Below the pieces are notes generated by a model, which did not search any database, had not been told where the DNA came from, and was given only the letters and a program-made list of their open reading frames with translations. A stretch of DNA of 64,000 nt from assembly GCA_009914755.4 (NCBI GenBank), contig CP068257.2:32672001-32736000 (forward strand), written 5' to 3'. Source of the DNA: the human T2T-CHM13v2.0 reference genome, Homo sapiens. Both the position numbers and the translations under genes were made by a program. The number at the start of each line of letters is the position of its first letter. The first letter of the stretch is position 1. Shown piece after piece: positions 12,711-27,835 of this stretch.

Positions 12711-14334
12711 AACACTTGTTATTTCTGTTGTAGTGGCAACAGCTGCAAACTAATGTGTAGAACGCAAACTGATGAGTAAACTAAGATGTATTCTTGAGTC
12801 AGCAAATGCAGCTGGAAGATGCCTTGAAAACATCACTAAAGAATTGAAGAAATAAATACTGGGAGAAATGAGACAGTGTGGGAGGTTTACTCCATAGTTG
12901 GATTGATGTGCTGATGTTTCTAACATGTGGAAGGTGTTAGGAACATCTTATGGAATTTGCTAATTTCACTCAGTAATGGAACACATCCGGGACTACTTTC
13001 CTCGTGAACCTCTAAAAGAAAGATGGACTGGAGAAGATAGGTTTAATGCAAAGTGACTTCTGTAACAAGAACAGTGGTCTATGAGAGAACAGTATCAGGG
13101 CAACCCTAGATGTGGCAGCCAATTTGACCAGAGTATAAAAGGAATCCCAGTATAATCCTACAGAGACAGGTCCAAAGTGACTTTCATTTCCTATTCCTTT
13201 CACAGGCAAGCTATCATTACTAAGATGTTGTCCCCAGAGGGTACAAAGTTTTAGAGGACGGCAGTGAAGAGGCTAACTTTCAAAACAAAATGAACCAATG
13301 AAATAAACACAAAAAACGTTAACATATGCAATACAATTTGGAGTATTCTGTAACAGAAGGGGAAGAAGTATTAGTGAAGACATTTTGTATCACACAGAAC
13401 TTTGCTAGTTATCTGTTGTAAAATACTTGAAAGGGTTGCCCAACTTAGAGATGAGGTATCTAGTTTATTTTACTGTGACTAGCATTGCACATTCACAGAT
13501 GCTGTCTGTGGCACGTGGCTGTCACTGAGGTGGCAGGTATTTTTGCAGTAATAAATAGACATGATCTACAAAGCTAAAGGGGATATTTTAACTTTGAGTA
13601 AGAACATTACTGATTTTCAAGAGTAAATCACCCTATGGAGAAAGCATTTTGGAAACAAAATGCTTAGAAATATCTCTACTACTTTGCTGTATTGTTGAAA
13701 ATGACGTGTTACTATAAAAATTCATCATCTGTGTATTTTTCAAATGGGAAACAATTTTTAGTCTGCTCAAAAAGCTTCCGGAGGAAGAATTTTAGTGTTT
13801 TTAATGTATTTGTTAAAAATATTAAAATGTCACTGTCCTCTGACTAGATTGCAAGAAAATTTTACTGAATCAGGGAAAAAGAAAATGACTAGTCCAATTT
13901 CAAGAAAACCTTTATGGTGGTTAGTATAAAGAATTGGATAATGAGCATTCTGACCCAGTAAGTACGTACAGATATGTGCATGAATCTCTTGTATTTGGAC
14001 AGTAACTTTTTTAGTCAGGATATCCAGTAAAACCATGTCTCTAAAACCAGCATTTTGTTGTTTCACAAATAATAAAACTAAGACCTGCAAAAATAATGAA
14101 GTATATTCAATCATCTTGCTCTCATTAAAGATTTTTTAAAAGTCTCCTTTAATGATCAGAGCATATTCTATGGGAGATGAGTGATGATGCTTTATTTAGT
14201 TTATAAAACTCTTCCAAACGCATGACCATATGTCTTCCTGGCATCTCCACACCAGGTGACTGCAGAGTCATCGACAATAATGAAGTTTCTTAGCAATTTG
14301 AGGAATTTAATAGTTGGGCTCCAAACTAGGGACA

Positions 14335-15774
14335 AGAAGTTTTCATTCTAAAAAAGCCATTGCAGGAAACAATTAATAGAGTGAAGAGACACCCATAGAG
14401 TAGGAGAGGATATTTGCAAACCATACATCTGATAAGGAGTGAATATCCAAAATATGTAAGAAACCCAAACAACTCAATAGCAAGAAAAACAATTCGCCTG
14501 ATTTTTAAAATTGGCAAAAGATCTGGACAGACATTTCTCATAAAAAGACATACTAATGGCCAACAGGTTCATAAAAAAAAATGCTTAGCATCACTAATTA
14601 TTGGGGAAATGCAAATTAAGCCACAATGAGGCATCACCTTACACCTGTTAGAATGGCTATTATCAAAAAGATGAAAAATAAGTGTTGACAAGGATGTGGA
14701 GAAGAGGGAACCCTTGCACACTGTCAGTGGCAAAGTAAATTAGCACAGCCATGATGGAAAACAATATGGAGGTTCCTCAAAATATTAAAAATAGAACTAC
14801 CCTATGATCCAGCAATCCCACTTTTGAGTATATATCAGTTTGTCAGAAAGATATCTGCACTTCTATGTTTATCATTCACAATGACCAACAAATGAAATCA
14901 ATGTAAGTGTCCATCAGTGAATGAATGGATAAAGAAAATGTGGCATATATACACAAATAAATATGATTCATGATTTTTTTTTTTTTTTGTTGAGATGGAG
15001 TCTCACTCTGTGGCTCAGACTGGAGTGCAGTGGCGTGATCTTGGCTCACTGCAACCTCCACCTCCCGGGTTTAAGCAATGCTCTGCCTCAGCCTCCCAAG
15101 TAGCTGAGATTACAGGCACGTGCCACCATGCCCAGCTAAATTTTGTATTTTTAGCAGAGACGGGTTTTCACCATCTTGATCAGGCTGGTCTTGAACTCCT
15201 GACCTTGTGATCCACTCGCCTCAGCCTCCCACTCCCTGGCGCCGCTTGTGGAGGGCCCAAGTCCTTCTGATTGAGGCCCAACCCGTGGAAGAAAATTCTT
15301 TTATTTGCAACAGCATGGATAAACTTGGAGGACATTATGCTAAGTGAAGTAAGCCAGGCACAGAAAGACAAATACCACATGATCTCACTCATATGTAGAA
15401 TCTAAAAAAGTCAAACACATAGAAGTAGAGAGTAGAATGGTGGTTACCAGAGGCTGGGGGAAAGGGTGGCTGAGGGGAATGGGAAGATGTCGGTCAGAGG
15501 GTACAAAGTTTCTGTTAGATAGAAGGAATAAGTGATTGAGATTATTGCACAGCAGGGCAGCTCTCGTCAATGATAATATCATGTATATTTCAAAACAGCT
15601 AAGATAGTCCATTTCAAATGTCTCACCACAAAAAACGAAAAGTGAGATGATAGAGGTATTAATTAGCTTGATTTAATCATTCCGCATTATACACATATAT
15701 CAAAACATTGCATTGTACCCCACAAATGTATACAGTTATGATTTGTCAATTGAAAGCAATATTAATTTTAAAAA
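14335..15774 (+). mobile_element. LINE-1 3' end (ORF2 C-terminal region plus 3'UTR, older L1P/L1M-like), interrupted by an Alu
   Basis: The segment tatttgcaaaccatacatctgataaggag...ggaaatgcaaattaagccacaatgaggcatcaccttacacctgttagaatggctattatcaaaaag...ccagcaatcccacttttgagtatata...ggataaagaaaatgtggcatatatacac is collinear with the L1 ORF2 3' end. After the interruption it resumes as tatttgcaacagcatggataaacttggaggacattatgctaagtgaa...cacaaatgtatacagttatg..., which matches the L1 3'UTR. Confidence 0.8.
14975..15230 (-). mobile_element. Alu SINE (5'-truncated), inserted into the L1
   Basis: A poly-T is followed by gttgagatggagtctcactctgtggctcagactggagtgcagtggcgtgatcttggctcactgcaacctccacctcccgggtttaagc...caggctggtcttgaactcctgaccttgtgatccactcgcctcagcctccc. 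It is followed at 15231-15296 by about 66 bp that match neither Alu nor L1. Confidence 0.9.
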
Positions 15775-18540
15775 GCTATCCACTGACTTACCATGCAAAA
15801 CTAAAATTTGAATAATGCTTAAATTGATAGGTAAGGTGAGGGGAAAATACCGAGTAATGTCTCCTGCACTGATTCAACACATGTTGGTTCTCTCCCATTT
15901 GGCAGACATCGTATGCACAAGGATACCTAAGAGAATACCCCTGCTCTCACAGAAATTATAGCCTAGATCAGACCAGTGACTGAACGTGACAAAGTCACAC
16001 CAAAATGCTGACTACAAATATTTCCTCCTCCTACTTTTTTTTTTTTTGGTTGTTAAATTTCTTTTGGAAAGTGGCTTAATTCTACCTCTCCTCCAAATTC
16101 CTGTCATTGTGCTTCTGGTGTCCCTGACAGGAACCAGAGAAGCCTGTCATTCCAGAATCATGACACTTTCCTGCAACTAATTAAGGTTCTTCCAACTGTT
16201 CATCTGTTTTTAGCCCGAATCTTCTTAAAATCTAAAGATTTGTATCTCTGACTCTTTTTACATTTTCCTCACAACTTATTCAACGTTCGTCTCGAAGCTG
16301 CTGACAGCTTTTGCTTACCTTCCTATGGTAGGAAAACAGAGTGGCAGGCTGGATTGACGTACGGAGGGCCCTGGAAATAAACAACCATGATTTATGAGCA
16401 TTTATTGTGTTCTAAGTATGAGGCTGAGCACTTTACATATTTTATTTAATTTTCCTGGGGCTTTACCAAATGACTCAGTCCCCAGGAAGACATCCACTTT
16501 CAAGGAAGAGGGCAGGACCAGCACCCGCGTCCACACAACTGTGAGCAGGTGACAATGCCCATCATTGAGTGGGCATTCAACATTTCTTCTCCCCACTCGT
16601 GTCATCTCCTGACATTCCGTGCCTCTCCCTTGGGGAACAGCCCTTTATATAGCGCAAGTGATTAGTCATTGCCAAATAAGCAAAAAGACTTTAAAAACTT
16701 AGTGTTCAGAAGTATTTAGTGGAAAAAGTAATAAATAAACCCAAGGCTTATTATTCCTCATCTATGGATAAAAACTCAAAGACTGCCAGACACTACACAG
16801 TCATAGGATGGCTTTCCCATAAAGAGAGAAGGGAGGGAGAGTGACAGGCATAGGAATGGTTGCCTGTTTCACCTCCCCATGCTCCTCTGACCCAGCCTCA
16901 GTTGGGCCTTAGGATCATCCAGAGACCCTCCCCAGACTAATTAAGTCAGAATCTCTGGGCATAGGGCCAGGGCATCATGATTTCTTTAAACACTCCCCTG
17001 AACTATTCCAGTGACCAGCCAGGGTGACAGCAAGAACCTTGTCAGTTTGTATCCCACCTCTCAGGGAATGAACTTCTGGAAGTGAATTCCCAGTCCCCAG
17101 TGGCCACATCTCCACAATGTCCTGTTGCTTGGTCTAACCCAATGAGATAGACCCCCAGTGTAAACCTGTGCACCTGTCTTCCTCCCCATGGGGGCTTCGT
17201 CAGACACCAAGAGGACGTAGCAGTGCTGGAGAGAGGGGCTAAGGGAACTCCAGGTCCATGGCCATGGTGGTCTGGACTTCTTTAAGCCCCAGAGAGAATG
17301 GACTTCTGGTGGAGCTGCCAAGGTGAGAACCTAGTTTCTCAAGGACAGGTCACAGGTCACCTGGCAGCTACCCCCCTGCCTCCTGGAATCGGTGATCCAA
17401 TCCCAGCTGCTGCCTGACCAGCTCTCTCTCCTAACCCTGCTCCCCACGCCAGACATTTCGCTTACCCCAACCTAGTGAGTGATCATCCTGCATGACCCCT
17501 GTTCCCCTTACTGCCATCCTGAACTCTGCCTTAGGCTAAAATTTGGATTCAGATCAGCTGTCTGTGCTCAGGCTCCCTGGCCTTCTGGTATGGAGTCCCC
17601 CAAGCAGAGATCCATGGCTTCCTCTGACCCTAGGGGTCTGTCTGTCTTCCAGTTCTGGTGTTTTCCAGCCCCCTCATTCCCCCTTCTGCCTAAGCTTTGC
17701 TCATGACATTTTTCACAATTGTCTCATCCAAGGTTTCCACAAGGAACCAGATCTGGTCCCCACAAGTGTGTGGTGAGCTTTAAACAAACACTCACAGTGC
17801 CATGATGGCCACCAACTTTAGCTCCCAGGGAATGGGTTGAAAACTCAGAGCAGAAGAAAATGTGGTTTCCGGCATCAGTCTTATAAGTGCATAAGTATCC
17901 TGGTGAGTGGTAAAAAGAACCCCAGCTGTTTATTTTACTTCTCCCTCAACTCAAGTTGAAGACTTCTTGCCTATAAACTATGAAGATGCAAATTACTGTG
18001 GCCATTTTGTGGGCTTTTCTATTATAGCAACCACTCATTTTTATGGTGGTTCAACATTATGCAATTTTGAAATTTTAGGTGAAAAACTTGATGAACTCCC
18101 AGCATTCCTGTTTACACCAGTGGAATTTTACCAAGCTTGGGAAGGGCAATTGATCCGGACACTTGTGGAAACTACAGAGAACCAGCCTTGGGCACACCTT
18201 GGTGTCCACTGTGGCATGCTCTTGCGGTCAGCAGCTAGAGGCTGCAGGAAGCTTGTGGAGAGAAATTTCCCTAGGGTCCTGGCCTGGGGAGCATACTTTA
18301 GCTTCTCACAACTCAAAGTGTGGTCCAACGACCAGCAGCATCACCTTCATCTGGGAACTTGCTAGACATGCAGAGTCTCAGGCCCCACCCAGACCTACCG
18401 AACCAGTCAGGAGATTAACAAGATCCTGAGGTGACTCAGGTCCCATATTTCCTGTTCAAGAAGCAGCAGTGTTTTCAGCCCCTTCTTTCTCTTTCCCTGA
18501 GTGTTACTATTCTCCCTCAAGGAAATACTTGATCCAATAG

Positions 18541-19231
<691 letters not shown>

Positions 19232-19776
19232 TGACAATTGTTTACAATAAAATGGATTGTTCATGAAGTATGCTTCCCTATCCATTCAGATGGTTTCACA
19301 TTTGGTTATTTCACTGCCCAGTAGCTCCTCTTCCAGGAGGGAGATGAGGGAGACGAAAGGAAAGGAGGGATTTTTTTTGACTTATTTGACTTTGACTTAT
19401 TTAGGCGGTTCCATGAACTCAGCAAAATAGTCCTCCCCACCCCCAAATTGTTCTCATTTAGTCTGCATAATCATAAATAACATATCCAACACAAAGTTTT
19501 GGGAATTTGTCAGGTTTTCTCCATGTTTGTTTCACCAGTGATAAAATAAGGAAGGCAGTCACCTGTAATGCAGTGGTTCTTACCTGAATGAAGACAGGGC
19601 TCACTTGGGAAGCTTTTTAAAAATACCAATGCCCAGGCCCGCTTCCAGCCCTATTAGGTGGGAGTCTTTGGAGGTAAGGGCAGGCAATGGTATTGTTATC
19701 AAAGCTCTGCAGGTGATTGTAATGGAGAACTCTTAAAATCATTAGAAAGTTGAGAACCTCTGGTCTAGTAAACTAG

Positions 19777-20119
<343 letters not shown>

Positions 20120-20479
20120 AGAAGTTGCACCTTTAACAAGTTCCCAGGTGCTGCTGATGCTGCTGGTCTTTATTCTGGGACCAACTTTGAGAATCATTGG
20201 TCAAGAGATCTAAGATGAAATTCTAACTCTGCTGCTAAGTTGTCATATGATTTGAATAATCAGTATCTCCTCTTTGATATTCTACAACCGGAATAGGCAA
20301 ACATTTTCAGTAAAAGGCCATATAATAAATACTTTTAGCTTTGCAGGTCATACGGCCTCTGTTGCAACTTCTTAACTCTGCCATTGTGGTATGAAAGCAG
20401 TCATAAACAACGCCTAAACAAACAGCATGACTGAGTTCCCATGAAACTTCATCGAGGTGGCAGGATCTGCTGACCTCTG

Positions 20480-21540
20480 TTCTACAGTCTCATGAGTGAT
20501 GTCTCTAAGTGAGGATTTCTTTGTACTTATCTAATTTGGTGCTTTTTGGACTTTCTGAATCTGAGGGTTGATATCTTTCATCGATTCGGTAAGATTCACG
20601 GTTATCATCTTCTTAAATACTGCCTTTTCTACATCGTTTCTATTACCAATTCATGAAACTCAGACCTGGTAACATGTTAGACTGTCTCACTTTATCCTCC
20701 GTGCCTCTTAGCTGCTTATATATTTTCTACCTATGTCTCTCTGTGCCACATTCATGTCTATCTTTTGTTTCTAGTAGTCCTTGTTGGCTCCTTATCAAGT
20801 CTGCATATTTTGATAGTCTCTTATATCTTCATCATTTATTCAATCACCTCATTTATTTCCTGAAACATTTTCTTATGAGTTTATTTCATATTCCATGTTG
20901 ATTTTTCCAATATCTGTGGTCTTTGAAGGTCTGATTCTGCAGTTTATGATTTCTGTGGATTTTCATTCATGATGGCTCATTTTATTCATGCTGGCCTGTT
21001 TCTTCATGAGGTTAGTAAATTTTGATCCTGACCTCTAATTCCTTGTAACTTTATCTGTGATAATTTTTTGAGGCCTAGTATCAATAAGGCAGTGCGGTAG
21101 TTTCTTTTGGATGCCTGGGGATGCTCCTTTATATAAGTTGTTGGCTTTAGAGCTCCCCAAGTAGTATGAATTTTGGTTTGCTATTAGAAATTGTCAGGTG
21201 ACATATTTCTTTCCTGCCAGTTCCCAAGGTGGAGACAGGCAAGTTCTTTTCTTGACAGGCAAGGAGGGGCAGGTACTTGGTCTCTGGTTCATTTCCTAAA
21301 GGTACTGCTTTTTAGTGGTCTTAGCCTTATATGAGGGGTCTCCCAGCCATCTCCTCAATCCCTGGTGCCCGCATGATCCCTTGAAACCTGGGCCAGGCCA
21401 GTAAGATATAGCCCATGCCCCACTTGGTGACCAGTGCCTTCAGCCTTAGCTGTTCTCTCTAGATTAATGCTTTCTCAAAGTTTCTGACCTCCTAGGCATG
21501 ACTTGTTCTGAAGCCAGTTCAACTGTGCTTAAAAAAATTA
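20480..21540 (-). mobile_element. Old LINE-1 fragment in antisense orientation (tentative)
   Basis: The T-rich antisense-L1-like composition and phrases such as ttcatttcctgaaacattttcttatgagtttatttcatattccatgttgatttttccaatatctgtggtctttgaaggtctgattctgcagtttatgatttctgtgg resemble antisense L1 5'/ORF sequence. I did not align it. Confidence 0.35.
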
Positions 21541-22374
21541 TTTTCTTTAAATATCATCTATAGTATTTTGAGTGGCCTCTTTGGGAGTGGTGGCTTGGTA
21601 TTACCAGGGACACCAGTAGGTAACCAACCACTTCCAATTTCTGCTTCCTCATCTCTGAATGGAGAAACCAACAGAACCAGAAATGCTTCTTCAATACTTT
21701 TTTTTTAATGAATGAATCAGTGTTTTTTTATACTGTTCTCAGTATTCTTATTGTTTATTGTCACTACGCCACTGTGCAATGTGGAGGATAGGCTAATCGC
21801 ATGTTTCTCAGATTAGATCAGGTTAATTATATGAACTGACTTCATAAGATCTTTTTAAAAAGGTACTGTATAGAATTTGTAGACCTATAATTTGAAGTTT
21901 CGAATTTCCCTGTGTGATTCAGAAGCCCTCATTTGGCTGAGGCACTGATATGAGCTAATTACACCATGAAGCTTGTATTGGGAACAAATCATTTACCACC
22001 CTCCATCTTCATCCCAGTGTGGTGTGTGGATCTCCTCCCCTTGACTACTAAAAGTCTATTGAAATTATAAAACTTAGAGTTTTCATGTGTGTGAAAAGCA
22101 GTTCTCAAGCAAGAGCTAGATGTTTTGTGCGAGTTGAAGAGGCAGCTAGATCGTGGTGTACGAGACGCTCAGGAAGCACTTAACTCCCGATGGAAATATG
22201 ATTCGGGAAGGCGCCAGGAGCCTGTACAAATTTTCCACATTCTTGAGTTGGGGAATTCTGGAAGAATCAAGAGTGCTATCCCATGAGGATTTCAAGCGCC
22301 TACTATTACTACTATTACTGCATATTAATAAATAGTTTTGTGAAAAATAAAGTGAGGCAGAAATGCCAAATTGA

Positions 22375-23125
22375 AAAGGAATCTGCACAGTTTGGCATTT
22401 TCTTACAAAACTAAACTCTTGTCGTACAATCCAGCAATTGTGCTCCTTGGTATTTACCAAAAGGGACTGAAAACTTATGTCTACACAGAAATCTGCACAC
22501 AGATGTTTATAGCAGTTTTATTCATCATTGCCAAAACTTGGAAGCAACCAAAATGTCCTTCAGTAGGTGAATGGATAAATAAACTGTGGTGCATCCAGAC
22601 AATGGAATATTATCCAGGAATGAAATGAGCTTTCAAGCCATGAAAAGACATGGAAGAACCTTAAATGTATGTTGCTAAGTGAAAGAAGCCAATATGAAAA
22701 GCCTACATACTGTACGATTCCAACTACATGACATTCTGGAAAAGGTAGAACTATGGAGCCTGTAAAGGGACCAGTGATTGCCAGGGGTTAGCAGGGAGGA
22801 AGGAATAGGTGGAGCACAGAGGATTTGCAGGACGGTGAAACTGAACTGTTCTGTATGAAGTTATAAGGTGGATCCATGTCATTATGCATTTGTCCAAACC
22901 CGTAGAATGTACACCATCAAGAGTGAACCCTGATGTAAACTATGGACTTTGGGTGACAGTGATGTGTCATTGTAAGGTCATTGTAGCAAATAGATGGCTT
23001 TGGTGGAGATATTAATATTGTATGGAGGGGGTAGGGGGTGTATGGGAATTCTTAAAGTTACCACTCAATTTTGCTGTGAACCTAGAACTGCTCTAAAAAA
23101 TACAGCTTATTAATTTTAAATAAAG
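22375..23125 (+). mobile_element. LINE-1 3' end, old mammalian-wide (L1M-like)
   Basis: The segment caatccagcaattgtgctccttggtatttaccaaaag...cttggaagcaaccaaaatgtccttcagtaggtgaatggataaataaactgtggtgcatccagacaatggaatattatccag...gggaccagtgattgccaggggttagcagggaggaaggaataggtggagcacagaggatt...ctaaaaaatacagcttattaattttaaataaa is the typical L1M ORF2 end plus 3'UTR. Confidence 0.6.
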
Positions 23126-24984
23126 GAGTTTGCAGAATGGAATGAGATGGTACCTTGGCTATCTCTCTGGAGTAGCTGTTACTCGCCGAAAAGAACAATC
23201 AAGTTCAAGTCACACACAAGGTCTAGGCCAGGTGCCTGCCCCTCTGTGTGTCCCTGCCTGGCTGGAGAAGAGACCTTAGGCCCCAGGATAGAGGCAGGAG
23301 CAATGGCTTCTTGGGGGCTTAGAGGGCATGGAATGGAAGGAGGACCTACTTCTGAAAGCCTAGGCATGCCCACTGCAGAGGGGCCAGAGGGAAGGAAGGA
23401 AGAAAGGAATTCATGCCTTTGGCATTTCCTGCCTCCCCAAGCACTGCAGGAGTGGTTTGCCGGGAAGGCTGGTGTTAGACCAAAACCTGCACCTCTGGGA
23501 GTCAACAAAGAGAGCCTGGAGAGGCTGGAAGGGCAGCTGGAAGATCCCATCTCTGGAATCTTTGCAAAAGAAGGACCTACCTGTAGACACACACTAGCAT
23601 ATACATGAGAAAACACACAGATTTAAACAGGTGAACAGGCACACAGTGACACACACATACTGGCACACACATGCACAGTCAGATGCGTGTATGCATTCAG
23701 AGTTCACGTCTATTGTAGAAACACACACAGATGATCAAGGCAGTTTGCCATTCTGGAAGTACAGCATAAGCAGTAGCTGCGGATAAACATGGCCTCTTGA
23801 TAGCCCGGGGAGCAAATTGTTCTAACATGTGTCCCCTGAGAATGCAACAGCCTTCCAGAACAATTAGCCCTCCCTTCTCCATCACTCAGCTGCGCTTGAT
23901 GGAGCTCTGTCTGTGTCTGAAGCTCCCAGTATGGTTTCTGGCAAATGCACAGGTGTGCTCATCGCAGTGTGCCTGCAGGCGGCTTTCCCGCCCATGTGTC
24001 TTCAGTGCTCTAGGTAGGTTGTAATATAGTGCTGTCAGTTCATGACATTCACTTTATCCACATGACACTGGAGGTCTTTGGTAGTGAGAACTTGCTGCCC
24101 ACGCTGCCTGAGAGGGTCAACAACAGAAGCAGTGAAGGAACTGAATCTTGCTGGGCCATAGAAGCTTCTGTTTCCCTATGTCCCCGACAGCGTTGCCCTT
24201 CCGACTTGGGGCCTTCCTCTCACTTGTTGCATAAGCTGTGGGAGAGAAATTGGGGGTAGGAGGCATTTTCAGTAGTTTGGGACACGTCTTCCTTGGGGCA
24301 ACACTAAGTGGAAACAGGCCCATTTGCACATTGGCAGATGGAATCCAACTGAATGTGGAAAAAAGCTCCTCCGCAGAGGGCTCAAACCAAACAGAACATT
24401 AACCAAAACAACACCTTTTAAGTTTAACAAGGACTTAGAAACTAGTTTGAAAAACTTCTGGCACTAATAGACAGCTTTTTAAAAACCAATTTAAAAGCTC
24501 TTCTGTTGAGTTAAAAAGCAAGAAGGCTTTCAATGCTTCCATTCTTTTCAAATTCTCTGCTTTTGAACATAATAGGATTATTTTCTTTTACAATTATTTC
24601 ACTGAACTGTTTTGCAACTGCGGTAGACAGAATAATGGCCCCCAAAGAACTCCATATTTGAATCCCTGGAACCTGTGAGTGTGTTACCTTACATGGCCAA
24701 AGGGACTTTGCAGATGTGATGTAGAATCTTGAGATGAGAGATGATGCGGGATTAACTACGGAAGCCCAATGTAATCACAGAGGTCCTTAAAAGATGGAAG
24801 AAGGAGAGTCAGAGAAGGGGATGAGACCCTGGAAGTAGAGGTTGGAGTGATGCACTGTTAAGACAGAGGAAGAGGCCATAAGCCAAGGACTCCACTCATC
24901 CTCGATGGGCTAGAAACGGCAAAGAAATGGACTCTCTTCTGGACCCTCTAAAAGGAAGACAGCCCTGTGAATACCTTGATTTCA

Positions 24985-25429
<445 letters not shown>

Positions 25430-25684
25430 CTATCGGGTATAGGTCAGATCCTGCCTGCTAACTTGAAAAAAAGACCAACTTATTGAGAAATAAACGAACT
25501 GTTTCATTGGACCTCATATAGTTTCTTTGGTTGCCTTTCTCTGTTCAGGTGAGCTTGTAGTATGAATTTTACACATATTCCTCACTATGCTAAGTGAAAC
25601 GTTCATGTTAGGAGGTTTAAATCTAACTGCATCTGACTCCAAGCATCTTTGTCTATCTTTGCTGGGGATTATCCTATTGTATTA

Positions 25685-26074
25685 GGTTGCTCGGGCTGCC
25701 TTAACAAAATATTGCAGACTAGACAGCTACAACAACAGGCATTTATTCCCTCACAGCTCTGGAAACTGGAAGTCCAAGATCAAGATACTGGCTGGGTTGG
25801 TTTCTCCTGAGGCCTCTCTCCTTGGCTGGCAGATGGCTGTCTTCTTGCCGTGTCTTCACATGGTCCTTCCTCTGCACATACAAATCCCTGGTGTTTGTAT
25901 GTCCAAATTTCCTCCTCTTATAAGGATACCAGTCAGAATGGATTAGTGACCAACCTAATGGACTCGTTTTAACCTAATTACCCTTTTAAAGGCCCCATCT
26001 TTCATTAAATTCTGAGGTACTGTGGTTTAGGGCTTTAATATATTAATTTTAGAGGACACATTTCAGCCCATAAC
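25685..26074 (+). mobile_element. LTR-like interspersed repeat (copy 2 of 3, same family as 6119-6880)
   Basis: The segment ttgctcgggctgccttaacaaaatattgcagactagacagctacaacaacaggcatttattccctcacagctctggaaactggaagtccaagatcaag...ttataaggataccagtcagaatggattagtgaccaacctaatggactcgttttaacctaattaccc...cagcccataaca is collinear with copies 1 and 3. Confidence 0.5.
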
Positions 26075-26329
26075 ACCTACGTTAAGCACAGCTAAGAGAG
26101 GTCTGTACAAGCCAAGAAGAGAGGACTGTACTACTTAAGTGGTGTGTCAGGACTATTGTCTATTATCCATGTTTACACTCAAGTTTACTGCAATATGCAG
26201 CAATTGGAACTATATCACTTAGTCACCTTCTGGCCCAGAGGAAGTGTATTCCAAAGACCATTAAGCTAATATGAGAACAGGCCAGCTCTTTGAGTGGCAG
26301 AAACTCTCTCATAAAAATCTTACAGGGTT

Positions 26330-27835
26330 GGGGGTAGGGGACTGGGGAAGAAGGGGCAGCATAAATGCAACTGAGTCCCTACCTCATACCATACAACTTA
26401 CACATAGGAAAATACACTACACCTTACACCAGTAGACCAAAATGTAAAAAACATACTTCAAAATGAATAAAGAAAATAAAGGACCATATCTACATGATCT
26501 TAAAATAGAGAAAACTTTTTTTTAAAAAAGGAGCTCACAAAGCCCAAAGAATAAAGAAAAAGAGATAAATTCAACCACTTCAAACTTTAAAATTCTGTAC
26601 AGAAAGTGTAAAAAAAACTTCCGTTGGCAAAAGTTTAAAAAAGATGCTTGGAGCCACATTAAATAGACTAGGAATTTGTATATAAAACACAGAATAAGAA
26701 AAATAAAAGTAGGAAAAAATAAATTAGCTGCCAGAAGAGTAAATGTGAATAGCCAATAAAAAACAAAAAGACGCTCAAGGTCAGGGAAGGGAAAGAAGAA
26801 GAACAGAGAGAGGCCATATCCCACCCATGGTACTGGTAAAATCAAGTTGTCAAACGATCTCAACTGTTGGCAAGGTTCTAGGGGAAATGGTACTCTCATA
26901 AATTGTTGCTGGAAATGTAAATTGGTAAAGGCATATTGGAGAGAAATTTGACAGCATCTAGGAAAATGGAAAATGTGCCTACCCTATGTCCTGGGAATTG
27001 TGCTTTGGGATACACACTGAACAAGCTTCTGCATATTTCCATGAGGGTCCTATACACAATGGTGTCTGTTGCAGCATTTTTGGTAATAGCAGGGAAAAAA
27101 ATGATCCCTTGATATAGAAAGGAATAAATAAAATGTAGTATTTTCCTGTGATGAAATGCCGCATAACAATTGATAATAAATACGAAGTTTATATCAGCCT
27201 GAATAGATTCTAAAAACAAGGTAGAGTATAAAAAGCAAGATGCAAATTGATGGGATATTTACAGACAATGTACGTGTGTATTTTTAAAAACAAAATCATA
27301 CAACATGTGTTTTAATTAATGCATATGTATCTAGAAAAAAGTTATTCTTAAGGAATGCAATGGATACATGATCATTTAGTTTCTGGGGAGATGCAGAGAA
27401 GCATGGGTGTTGAGGTTGGTGGTTTAGGGGACATGAGCTAATATCTCTTCTTGCCTCACTCCTCCTCTTCCCTTCCCTCCCCTCCCCTCTCTCCGTCCCT
27501 CCTTTCCCCCATTCCTTCTTTCCTTTCTTCCTTTTTTCTTCCTAAAAATTGACAAGAAGGAGATATGGCAAAAAAGTTTGCACTTGTTAATTCTAAATGG
27601 TAGGAATATGAAAGTTATTTTTAAAATTTTATGGTAACTTCTAAATTTCAGAAAGCAGAAACCAAACCAAACAAAAACCCTGGTATTTATAAAAATAAAA
27701 TCATAAACTATAAAACTCTACTGCAGGACATCATTTGTACTCCAAATCTCAGCATCACGCAATATATCTTAGTAATGAATCTGCACATGTACCCACTGAT
27801 TCTAAAATAAAAGTTGAAAAAAAAAAAACTCTGCT
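26330..27835 (+). mobile_element. LINE-1 3' portion (old L1M/L1P-like ORF2 C-terminus plus 3'UTR)
   Basis: The segment tcaactgttggcaaggttctaggggaaatggtactctcataaattgttgctggaaatgtaaattggtaaaggcatattggagag...gggtcctatacacaatggtgtctgttgcagcatttttggtaatagcaggg...atggatacatgatcatttagtttctggggagatgcagagaagcatgggtg is collinear with the L1 ORF2 3' end. A pyrimidine-rich low-complexity block lies at ~27440-27545. The segment tactccaaatctcagcatcacgcaatatatc...cacatgtacccactgattctaaaataaaagttgaaaaaaaaaaaa is the L1 3'UTR terminus. Confidence 0.6.

Noticed and set aside
17907-18365. 152-aa ORF as a gene
   Set aside because: Its 3' half overlaps a recognisable old interspersed-repeat motif, ...agcatcaccttcatctgggaacttgctagacatgcagagtctcaggccccacccagacctaccgaaccagtcag, the well-known gaatctgcattttaacaag-type repeat core. 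The ORF has no start context or homology I can recognise, so it is likely a chance ORF through repeat sequence.
20280-20480. Segment resembling a known interspersed-repeat consensus (ggccatataataaatacttttagctttgcaggtcatacggcctctgttgcaacttcttaactctgccattgtggtatgaaagcagtcataaacaa...)
   Set aside because: I recognise the motif as a common human repeat but cannot name the family with confidence, so I did not list it as a named feature.
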